64,000 nucleotides of DNA, from NCBI GenBank assembly GCA_965116925.1, contig OZ220744.1:3424001-3488000 (forward strand), read 5' to 3'. The notes below the pieces were generated by a model that worked only from the letters and a program-made list of their open reading frames with translations, did no database searches and was not told where the DNA came from. The translations under genes and the position numbers were made by a program. Origin of the DNA: Candidatus Poribacteria bacterium (GTDB lineage: Bacteria; Poribacteria; WGA-4E; PCPOR2b). Below, in pieces: positions 53,345 to 61,550 of the stretch (positions are counted from its first letter, which is position 1; each line of letters starts with the position of its first letter).

Positions 53345-54262
53345 ATGCCATTAGCGATGGAGGGAACTCGCGTCTTGAGTCCTTTGGAGCGAGATGCAGT
53401 TAAGTTAGTGTTTAAGGATGCAATTGACCCGTGGGATATTAGCTTGACAGTTGTTGAGTCCATTCCGTGGGAGGGGCACGGATTGCAAGATATTAATCCG
53501 AGGATTGGCAATCAGTTTAGACCGTTGTCGTCTATTCCACAACAGGAAATTATCGATCTGCTTAAACAGAAGCCGACTATTGAACAGCAGTTGCCGCCTA
53601 AACCCCTACCTCAGGACATTAAACCGCCACTAGAGAGAGTGGCTTCAACTTACGATGGTAATGGAAAAATTAGGATTAGCAGGTCTGCCTTCCCACATAC
53701 CGATGCTCTGAATATAAATTCGACTCGTGCGGATACGAAGGTATTCAAGCCCGCGAATATACATTATCTATCTACCTTTATATATCAGTGCACGCGCTAT
53801 TGGCAATGGGTGTATGATCAGCGCAGAACGCCTATACGCAACTCGGGTTCAGCGTACCACTTTACTACGAGCCAACTGATAAAAGACAATTTCCCGGGGC
53901 TCGTGGCAGAGCGACATGCGTCTGCTGCCCAGGTCTATTTTGTGCTTGCTTGGCAGGTGCGTCACGCGCCGTTCACTATGATTGGAAAACAAAGGAAGTT
54001 CGCAGATATAGATTTGACGAGTGGACCACCAGACAATGAGCATAGTGTTGGACCTGTTGATCGCTATGATGAGATTGTCCGTATTAAGCGTGCAATTGGT
54101 CGACCTATTGTTACATATGAAGTGACGACTAACTTGAGGGATAACTTTTCAAAATTTATATATCATTTACGAAATGCAGGTACAAGAAAACGGCTTGTTT
54201 GTGCAAAGGCCATGCAAGCTGCACAGATTCATCCAACGTCCCCGTTCTATGACCCACTTTAG
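53345..54262 (+). CDS. Peptidase paralog P6 with degenerate active site
   Basis: FIYQCTRYWQ at the HExxH position. Confidence 0.72.
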   Translation: MPLAMEGTRVLSPLERDAVKLVFKDAIDPWDISLTVVESIPWEGHGLQDINPRIGNQFRPLSSIPQQEIIDLLKQKPTIEQQLPPKPLPQDIKPPLERVASTYDGNGKIRISRSAFPHTDALNINSTRADTKVFKPANIHYLSTFIYQCTRYWQWVYDQRRTPIRNSGSAYHFTTSQLIKDNFPGLVAERHASAAQVYFVLAWQVRHAPFTMIGKQRKFADIDLTSGPPDNEHSVGPVDRYDEIVRIKRAIGRPIVTYEVTTNLRDNFSKFIYHLRNAGTRKRLVCAKAMQAAQIHPTSPFYDPL

Positions 54263-54391
54263 AGGACTGCCCCTACCTAATCCATCGGGTAGCTTCCAGC
54301 ACGTGGATTGACCGCTGAAAGTAATGCGGTGGAGGTGCCTGAAGCGTTGCTAGTAGGGGTGAGTAAGGAAGATACTGACAATAGCGACAAC

Positions 54392-54853
54392 TTAGGGCTT
54401 TGGCATGGTCCGAAACCGTATCTCAAACCTTGAGCTTTGACATATGACATCCTGAACGTAGATCTTAATCATGTACTCAGTATCGAATTGCAGCTCTTCA
54501 CCTACAGTGGCTGTTAATGTCACAATGTCTGTGACCCTGTGGGTCATATCGACAGGCATCCAATAGAGGGGCTCTCCATCAAGTAAGATAGCAATCTTGT
54601 GCAGCTTGAGATCTTCATCAAATTTGAAGAGAAATCCGCCTGCATTGAGGGGTTGAGGGTCAACGTTATCTTCTCCACCAAGTAAGGTGCCCCATACGAG
54701 TTGCGGCACTTCACCGCTAAACCGAAAGCGTTCACCTGATGCCATAGTGGGTGTATGTTCTTGGATAGCGGGTTCTGGTTCTTCGACCGCTGGCGTTTCA
54801 GTATCGCAGCCGAGAACCAGAATAACGAACATCAATAGAACGAGTTTCTTCAT
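54392..54853 (-). CDS. Ig-like domain lipoprotein L9
   Basis: Lipobox; near-duplicate of L11. Confidence 0.75.
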   Translation of the reverse strand: MKKLVLLMFVILVLGCDTETPAVEEPEPAIQEHTPTMASGERFRFSGEVPQLVWGTLLGGEDNVDPQPLNAGGFLFKFDEDLKLHKIAILLDGEPLYWMPVDMTHRVTDIVTLTATVGEELQFDTEYMIKIYVQDVICQSSRFEIRFRTMPKP

Positions 54854-54892
54854 GATATATCTCCTTATTCTTTAGATAAGCGGTGAGGGCTT

Positions 54893-55417
54893 TTACTTTG
54901 GCTTCGTTTGAAATATTATCGTCGTCTTCCCGTCCCTGCATCCGAAGCCTTGCACGAAAATCTCAAGCACGTACTTGGTGTTGTATTCCAACAATCGGCT
55001 GTCCTCCATGGGCATCAGATGGACTTGGTTTCCGATGTCCCAGCCATCGACGATATCGCGAGGGGACCAATTGAGGTGCCAACCGTGGTCAGACTGGAGG
55101 TCAGCTGTATACATACTAAGGATCTCCGTAAATTCGAGGATAATTCCGTCGCGATTCAACAGTTCAGGGTCGGCATCAACCTTCCCATCAATCTGGCTAC
55201 ACGGGAATGACGGACAAGGCAGTGGGAGTCGGGTTGCGCCATCAATTCTTCCGTCAAACACGCTACCTGCTACGATTTGCGGGGGAGTGGGAAATTCTTC
55301 TTCAATCACAACGGGTGGTGGTTCTTCGATAACAGGTTCTGGTTCTTCGACCACCGGCGTTTCGGTGCCGCAACCCAGAATCAGCATGGCGAATAGGAAT
55401 AGAGATAGGTTTTTCAT
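54893..55417 (-). CDS. Ig-like domain lipoprotein L10
   Basis: Lipobox; paralog of L3 with a Cys-containing insertion. Confidence 0.75.
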   Translation of the reverse strand: MKNLSLFLFAMLILGCGTETPVVEEPEPVIEEPPPVVIEEEFPTPPQIVAGSVFDGRIDGATRLPLPCPSFPCSQIDGKVDADPELLNRDGIILEFTEILSMYTADLQSDHGWHLNWSPRDIVDGWDIGNQVHLMPMEDSRLLEYNTKYVLEIFVQGFGCRDGKTTIIFQTKPK

Positions 55418-55559
55418 GGGATACCTCCTGAAGAATAATGCGTGATGCGTAAGAGGAAACGGAACGGAGATCTCCGTTTCCTACGAAGCGTAGGTCTTAA
55501 ATAGTTACATCCCATTCACTACGATTTGTTTCAAAAAAAAAGTGTAAAGGAGAATGGTC

Positions 55560-56309
55560 ATGGGTTTAACCCCACACGGTCCTCGGAGACTTAGTAACTT
55601 AGAAAGAGCCGCGATTGATCTGGTTTTTAGGGAATATAGTAAACCACTGGCAGAGAGAGATGGGACCTTTGATAAACTCCAAATCTCTATTGTTCCAAAC
55701 GATGTAGATGCAAATGGTGAACATAGGCGTGGATCGTATAGCAACAATACAATTACTATAGCAATTGATCAGCATCTATGTACGGATAATTTAGATCGCA
55801 GTTCAGCTCTCGGGAACACAGATATTCTCAAGCCGGGGAATATGGAATATCTGAACACATTTATCCATGAGTCTACACACCATTGGCAATCATTTCACGA
55901 TAGGTATAAATGGAGTGGCACCTCCAACCCGACCCGATACCACTTTACTGAGAAGGAATTGACAGAATCGCCCCCCACGGAGCACAAATTGGCGGACAAG
56001 AATCCCTGGTTTAATAGGGATCCAAACAAGAAGGATATCCTGAATCTCTGGAAAGAGCAACATGCTTCTGCTGCGGCAACCTGGTTTATTATCGGTTGGC
56101 AGCTCAAGTATGCGAGCAATTATGTGGATCTCACCACTAAACGAGGAGCGTCAGTTGGAACGGTAGATCGCTACGCAGAGATAAAGAAAATTAAGCATGG
56201 TAAGGATAGGCGTTGGGTTAGGAAAGACAAGGCGATTATGCTTGCTAGTGCTTTTGACATAGTGCTAGCTGAGTTGCGCACTGGTTATTATTGGAGACAT
56301 GTCAATTAA
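55560..56309 (+). CDS. HExxH metallopeptidase-like paralog P7
   Basis: MGLTPHGPRRLSNLE, FIHESTHHWQ, KEQHASAA. Confidence 0.75.
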   Translation: MGLTPHGPRRLSNLERAAIDLVFREYSKPLAERDGTFDKLQISIVPNDVDANGEHRRGSYSNNTITIAIDQHLCTDNLDRSSALGNTDILKPGNMEYLNTFIHESTHHWQSFHDRYKWSGTSNPTRYHFTEKELTESPPTEHKLADKNPWFNRDPNKKDILNLWKEQHASAAATWFIIGWQLKYASNYVDLTTKRGASVGTVDRYAEIKKIKHGKDRRWVRKDKAIMLASAFDIVLAELRTGYYWRHVN

Positions 56310-56446
56310 CTCTTTACATTGGCTGCATCAGAAATCGTATCTGAACTAGAATACCAAATATCAATAAGGATAATTTTTCTGAGCCCCCACCTTTTAGGAT
56401 TTCAACATAGGTGGTTACTCGTGCGAATCATATAGGAGGAATGAAA

Positions 56447-57310
56447 ATGCCATTAGAGGTACAGGGACCTCGTGAATTGAGTCCTTTAGAGAAGGATGCA
56501 CTTTATATTGTGTTTGGCACACCTGAACAGGGAATTGCACCGTCGGAGCTCCAATTGGAGGTTGTCGAGTCTATAGGAGGACCGGGCGGGCAGGGATTGC
56601 GGAATATTGATCAAGAAATGGCCGCTCCGTCTATACAGGGAGGGTCGCTGCAAGAGATACTGTTCGGACGGATTAAACAAGTATCGGTGGATTCGACTTA
56701 CGATAGTAGTGGGTTGATTACGATTAGCAGATCTGCCTTCCCGCATACCGATGATCTGCATGAGAGATCCACTTTTAGGAATACGAAGAAACTCAAGCCC
56801 GCGAATATACACTATCTATCCACGTTTATATATCAGTGCACGCGCTATTGGCAATGGGTGTATGATCGGCGTAGAACGCCTATACGCAACTCGGGTTCAG
56901 CGTACCACTTTACTACGAGCCAACTGATAAAAGATAATTTCCCGGAGCTCGTGGCAGAGCGACATGCGTCTGCTGCCCAGGTCTATTTCGTGCTTGCTTG
57001 GCAGGTGCGTCACGCGCCATGGACTAGAATTGAAGGCCATAGAAAGTTCGCAGATATAGATTTGACGAGTGGACCACCAGACAATGAGCAGAGTGTTGGA
57101 CCTGTTGATCGCTATGATGAGATTGTCCGTATTAAACGTGCGATTGGTCGGCCTATTGTTACATATGAAGTGGCGACTAACTTGATGAATAATTTTCGGG
57201 ACTATATATTGGATTTACAAGATGCAGGTATAAGAAAACGTTCTGTTTGTGCAGAAGCCATGCAAGCTGCACAGATTCATCCAACGTCCCCGTTCTATGA
57301 CCCACTTTAG
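56447..57310 (+). CDS. Peptidase paralog P8 with degenerate active site
   Basis: MPLEVQGPRELSPLE; FIYQCTRYWQ; C-terminal half nearly identical to P6. Confidence 0.72.
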   Translation: MPLEVQGPRELSPLEKDALYIVFGTPEQGIAPSELQLEVVESIGGPGGQGLRNIDQEMAAPSIQGGSLQEILFGRIKQVSVDSTYDSSGLITISRSAFPHTDDLHERSTFRNTKKLKPANIHYLSTFIYQCTRYWQWVYDRRRTPIRNSGSAYHFTTSQLIKDNFPELVAERHASAAQVYFVLAWQVRHAPWTRIEGHRKFADIDLTSGPPDNEQSVGPVDRYDEIVRIKRAIGRPIVTYEVATNLMNNFRDYILDLQDAGIRKRSVCAEAMQAAQIHPTSPFYDPL

Positions 57311-57439
57311 AGGACTGCCCCTACCTAATCCATCGGGTAGCTTCCAGCACGTGGATTGACTGCTGAAAGTAATGCGGTGGAGGTGCCTGAAGCGTTGCTA
57401 GTAGGGGTGAGTAAGGAAGATACTGACAATAGCGACAAC

Positions 57440-57901
57440 TTAGGGCTTTGGCATCGTCCGAAACCGTATCTCAAACCTTGAGCTTTGACATATGACATCC
57501 TGAACGTAGATCTTAATCACGTACTCCGTATCGAATTGCAACTCCTCACCTGCAGTGGCTCTTAATGTCACAACGTGTGTGACCAAGTGGGTCATATCGA
57601 CAGGTAGCCAATAGAGGGGCTCTCCATCAAGTAAGATGGCAATCTTGTGCAGCTTGAGATCTTCATCAAAGTCGAAGCGAAATCCGCCCGCATTGATCGG
57701 ATCAGGGTCGACATTATCTTCTCCACCAAGTACGGTCCCCCATACGAGTTGCGGCACATCACCGCTAAACCGAAAGCGTTCACCTGATACCACAGTGGGT
57801 GTATGTTCTTCGATAACAGGTTCTGGTTCTTCGACCACCGGCGTTTCAGTGTCGCAGCCGAGAATCAGGATAACGAACATCAACAGAGATAGGTTTTTCA
57901 T
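57440..57901 (-). CDS. Ig-like domain lipoprotein L11
   Basis: Lipobox; near-duplicate of L9. Confidence 0.75.
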   Translation of the reverse strand: MKNLSLLMFVILILGCDTETPVVEEPEPVIEEHTPTVVSGERFRFSGDVPQLVWGTVLGGEDNVDPDPINAGGFRFDFDEDLKLHKIAILLDGEPLYWLPVDMTHLVTHVVTLRATAGEELQFDTEYVIKIYVQDVICQSSRFEIRFRTMPKP

Positions 57902-58195
57902 GGGATACCTCCTGAAGAATAATGCGTGATGCGTAAGAGGAAACGGAACGGAGATCTCCGTTTCCTACGAAGCGTAGGTTTTAAATAGTTACATCCCACT
58001 CACTTCGATTTGTTTCAAAAAAGTAAGATCTCAGGACCTGCGCGGTTGAATACTCAAAACCAACGCCAGTTGAATCTGTTCATTCGTTGGGGCTCACTAA
58101 CCTCGCCCTTTCCGAAAAACATTCTCTAATTAGGAAATAATTTGCTCAAATAAGGGCAAAATTCGGGAAATTATTCTCTATATATTAAAATATGA

Positions 58196-58442
58196 TTGAC
58201 AATGGTGAAAAAGTTTGGTATAATTCTCCCATCTTGATAAAACAAGACTATCGCAACACCGACTAGAACATCTGCGTGGATCGATTCCGACAAGACCGGA
58301 ACGGTATCCATAACTTCATAACCTTCGATAACAGATCAACCCCGGATGGGGCGGTATCTGTGTTGGTTCATTGGCTCATTAGTTCGTTGAGTGAGCCGGT
58401 GCCCCAATGCACCAGCGTTACTGCTCTGTTCGTTTTTTTTTG
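58196..58442 (+). promoter_or_regulatory. Consensus sigma70 promoter plus structured leader, copy C, heading the lysis/tail operon
   Basis: TTGACA at 58196, TATAAT at 58219; conserved blocks end in CTGCTCTGTTCG plus a T-run. Confidence 0.8.
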
Positions 58443-58508
58443 AGGTCAGGGACTTTCGGAACGGAGGGGGGCGGAGGTTAGAGAAAACTGAATTGAAGGA
58501 TAGGTTTC

Positions 58509-58799
58509 ATGGAAGAAAGCACCCGCGTATGGATAAATAAAATTGAATCGAAGTTAGATCAGGTCTCAACGGAATTCACGCGAGGGTTTGCACAACTTTC
58601 AACGAAGTTGGATATCTATCTGAACAAGCAAGATGATCATGAGCGGCGTTTGTTGGCTTTGGAAGAGTATAGACATAAACAGGATGGTGTCAATGAATCG
58701 ACGAGCAAGCGGTATACACGGTTGATGGTGATACTGATTGCGTCGGAGGTGCTTTTTCTGGGTGCCGGCTTGATAGCGTCTTTGGTGTTGCGAGGCTGA
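58509..58799 (+). CDS. Coiled-coil plus C-terminal TM protein (XhlA/holin-like)
   Basis: DHERRLLALEE coil followed by a hydrophobic helix; position ahead of the lysozyme. Confidence 0.55.
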   Translation: MEESTRVWINKIESKLDQVSTEFTRGFAQLSTKLDIYLNKQDDHERRLLALEEYRHKQDGVNESTSKRYTRLMVILIASEVLFLGAGLIASLVLRG

Positions 58800-58954
58800 T
58801 ACAAATGGCGTTTCAACTCGGCAGACCCAGTTTGCTATAGCATGGCGAAACTAGTGGAGAAAGAGAAAATGTGTCGATTACACCTAAAACAAAGAGAGAT
58901 AACCGTAAAATTGCTTCAGTAGATGGACGACAATAAGGAAGGAGGGAGGCGGCT

Positions 58955-59215
58955 ATGCTAAAACGAGAGTCAGACGAAAAGGATTCGACGACCGCGGTAT
59001 GGTGGAATTACGTACTGGCGGTGCTCGTTACGGGTGGCATCTTTGCAGTCGAGATTTTCTTTGATAAAGGGATACTTGACGGCACCTTAATTGGTATGCT
59101 CATCATCAAAGTCTACGATGCGTTGAACCTCCAGAACGCCTATTTTTTTCCCTCCCAACGCTCACCAAAGAATGGAAGTGGAGATCTCAAAAATGATAAT
59201 AGAACGACTTCGTGA
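58955..59215 (+). CDS. Small two-TM protein, putative holin
   Basis: Two hydrophobic segments, charged C-terminus, overlaps the lysozyme start. Confidence 0.55.
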   Translation: MLKRESDEKDSTTAVWWNYVLAVLVTGGIFAVEIFFDKGILDGTLIGMLIIKVYDALNLQNAYFFPSQRSPKNGSGDLKNDNRTTS

Positions 59216-59798
59216 GACCCTCAAGCGTGATGAAGGGTTTGAGTTGAAAAGGCATGAGGTTCAGGGGATAGACCATATCGGATACGGCATCAACCTTGAG
59301 CAGGAACTGCCGGACGAACTACTGGGTTATCTTGGCGTGGAGGCTGAGGACGCTATTGAGGAGATTACGCAGGAACAGGCGGATTACTTGCTGGACTACT
59401 ACGTGGAAGTCGCTGAAGGGGATTGCAAGACCATTTATGGTGATATATGGCAGCACCTATCCCCGCTGCGGCAGGAGGTCTTGATCAATTTGGCTTTCAA
59501 TCTTGGGCTCCCACGTTTGAAAGCATTTCGGAAGATGAACGCGGCTATTCGTGTAGAGGATTGGACGGCGGCGGCGGCACAGATGCTCGATAGTAAAGCG
59601 GCACGGCAGACAGGGAAACGGTATCATCGGTTGGCAAGGACATTTGAGATGAACGATGAGAGCTATCTCAAACTGGATAAGATTTATGATGAACCGACTG
59701 TTCGGCAGGATCTTCCGGTGATTCCCACCGGGGAGGAATTGGCTGGCGTTGAGGACCAGGTACTGATTGCGGAGCTGGCGCGTCGGCTGGGCTTATGA
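59193..59798 (+). CDS. T4-type (GH24) lysozyme/endolysin-like protein
   Basis: LKRDEG...IGYGINL, VLINLAFNLG..RLKAF.KM..A....W..AA.QMLDS..ARQ. Confidence 0.85.
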   Translation: MIIERLRETLKRDEGFELKRHEVQGIDHIGYGINLEQELPDELLGYLGVEAEDAIEEITQEQADYLLDYYVEVAEGDCKTIYGDIWQHLSPLRQEVLINLAFNLGLPRLKAFRKMNAAIRVEDWTAAAAQMLDSKAARQTGKRYHRLARTFEMNDESYLKLDKIYDEPTVRQDLPVIPTGEELAGVEDQVLIAELARRLGL

Positions 59799-59971
59799 GA
59801 GAAAACGAGAAGGCGAGAAGACGTGAAGGCGAGAAGGTGAGAAGACGAGAAGACGTGAAGGCGAGAAGACCAGACTTTGTCTCGTTCTCTCGTTTTCCCG
59901 TTCTCCCGTTTTCCCGTTTTCCTGTTCTCCCGTTCTCCCGTTTTCATTTCTTTTTCAAAAGGAGAAAACTA

Positions 59972-60676
59972 ATGAAAAGGGTGTTTGTTGTATTGTTAGG
60001 TGTGTTGTTAAGTGTTTCGATTGCTCACGGCTTTTATGGCGATATTGCCACGGATCGTGAGAGTTTCACGCTTGGGGTAGCGGGTCAGAACGCAAACCAG
60101 ATTACTTCGTTGACCGCCCTGTTCCCCCTCAAGAACGCGAACGGGTGGGCGGGTGCTTACGTCAGTCGTCAGGTCGCCGATAGCGAGGTGGTTTCGGAGA
60201 CGCTCAACGGACACCTCCAAGGTGGATTCTTGGTTCGGGGTATCGGTATCGAGGCGTACATCGAGGCGACGCGCGACAAGTGGCGGATGATTGATCTCGC
60301 TATTGAGACGGGTTACTTCGTGCGTCCGGGAACATTTACCGCCGGCGGTATCACCTTCTCTGGCGGTGTAGGCAACTATACCGAGCGACGGGACTTAGAC
60401 GAGGCGATTGGTCGGGACAAAACAGATGCTTCGACCACATTTGGCTGGTTGGCGTTTGTCAGCGCCAAGTGGCGGAATGTCTCAGGGGTTCTACGGTTTA
60501 AGCCGAGTTTGGATTTCGAGGAAGAAGTCATCGAAGGCTCGCTTTCGTTTAATCACGAATTGACGGAAACGGTTTCGCTCGGTATCACGACGCAGGCAAC
60601 GATCGACTCGCAGGTAGAAGCCGACCAGACGGCGCATACATCGTATCTGATCAATTTCACTTACACGCCCGAATAA
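59972..60676 (+). CDS. Secreted beta-strand-rich protein, possible outer-membrane beta-barrel
   Basis: Signal peptide MKRVFVVLLG...AHG; alternating amphipathic strands; AAGGAG RBS. Confidence 0.55.
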   Translation: MKRVFVVLLGVLLSVSIAHGFYGDIATDRESFTLGVAGQNANQITSLTALFPLKNANGWAGAYVSRQVADSEVVSETLNGHLQGGFLVRGIGIEAYIEATRDKWRMIDLAIETGYFVRPGTFTAGGITFSGGVGNYTERRDLDEAIGRDKTDASTTFGWLAFVSAKWRNVSGVLRFKPSLDFEEEVIEGSLSFNHELTETVSLGITTQATIDSQVEADQTAHTSYLINFTYTPE

Positions 60677-61107
60677 TGTCAGAATATATTATCAAGAAAA
60701 AATCGAGATTGTGGAAGGTCCTCCCCGGTGGCAGGAACAAGTTTTCTGCCACACTGGGGGAGACCATCTACCTCACACCTAAGCGGTATGATGATTGGAA
60801 AAGCGGGAAACCGAAGAAATCGACGCTGGCACTCATTGAACATGAGAAGGTGCATGTTGATCAGTTTCGGCGTGACCCCGCTTTTAAGCGGCACTATCTC
60901 ACCAGTCGTCAATGGCGGTTGCTCTACGAGGCGGAGGCGTATGCGAAACAGGCGTTTGTGCGAGTCCAACTGGATAAGCGGAAACGGGGTCGTCACTACT
61001 TTGTGAGCCGGTACGCGAAGGTGTTGGCATCGAAAACTTACTTACTCTTTATGGACTACAACAAGATCTATAAAGCGATAGACAGGGAATATGAAAGGTT
61101 ATTATGA
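60676..61107 (+). CDS. Small basic HExxH zincin (DUF4157-like)
   Basis: ATLGETIYL...LIEHEKVHVDQ...YEAEAY. Confidence 0.65.
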   Translation: MSEYIIKKKSRLWKVLPGGRNKFSATLGETIYLTPKRYDDWKSGKPKKSTLALIEHEKVHVDQFRRDPAFKRHYLTSRQWRLLYEAEAYAKQAFVRVQLDKRKRGRHYFVSRYAKVLASKTYLLFMDYNKIYKAIDREYERLL

Positions 61108-61328
61108 GTCCAGACACAATGATATGGGGCGTGATTGGCGTTCAAGTTGCGATTTCAATCACCACCCTCGGTGCGTTTTATAAACTAATCGGCATTTTAG
61201 AGGACGCGCGGAAGATGATTGGGTCCGTAGATCAACGATTGAGCGAAGATAGCAAGGAGCATGTCAAAATCATCGAGAAATTAGCGACGCTCGATGAAGA
61301 CGTGAGAGAACTCCGTCGTGAGCGATAA
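61104..61328 (+). CDS. Small N-terminal-TM coiled-coil protein
   Basis: ATGA coupling to the upstream gene; hydrophobic N-terminus. Confidence 0.6.
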   Translation: MSPDTMIWGVIGVQVAISITTLGAFYKLIGILEDARKMIGSVDQRLSEDSKEHVKIIEKLATLDEDVRELRRER

Positions 61329-61527
61329 GATTCCACGATTCATGATTGATTCATCAATAATGTTCTGCTCGCCGGTGACGGTCTATACGGCGAAGCGGGA
61401 CGGCACTTTCGTTGCGCGGTGTTATTCAATCCCCGGCTTCGTCGTCGAGGGCGATACGTTTGAGGAGACGGTGGCGAGTGCGACGGAGGCGTATCTCACC
61501 TTCTGCCGGAAGGGGATCTGGAATTGA
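61318..61527 (+). CDS. HicB-like small protein
   Basis: DGTFVARCYSIPGFVVEGDTFEETVASATEA. Confidence 0.6.
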   Translation: MSDKIPRFMIDSSIMFCSPVTVYTAKRDGTFVARCYSIPGFVVEGDTFEETVASATEAYLTFCRKGIWN

Positions 61528-61550
61528 CTGCACAAGGCATGATGGGGTTC

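Noticed and set aside
38870..57901. Diversity-generating retroelement as the source of array variation
   Set aside because: No reverse transcriptase in the window, and paralog differences look segmental rather than adenine-specific
40651..58022. Integron cassette array
   Set aside because: No integrase seen; the boundary box lacks attC-type inverted core sites; genes lie on both strands with their own upstream regions
59795..59971. N-terminal 59-aa extension of the 59795 ORF
   Set aside because: Translated low-complexity repeats (GAAGACGTGAAGGCGA, TTCTCCCGTT); RBS and signal peptide point to ATG 59972
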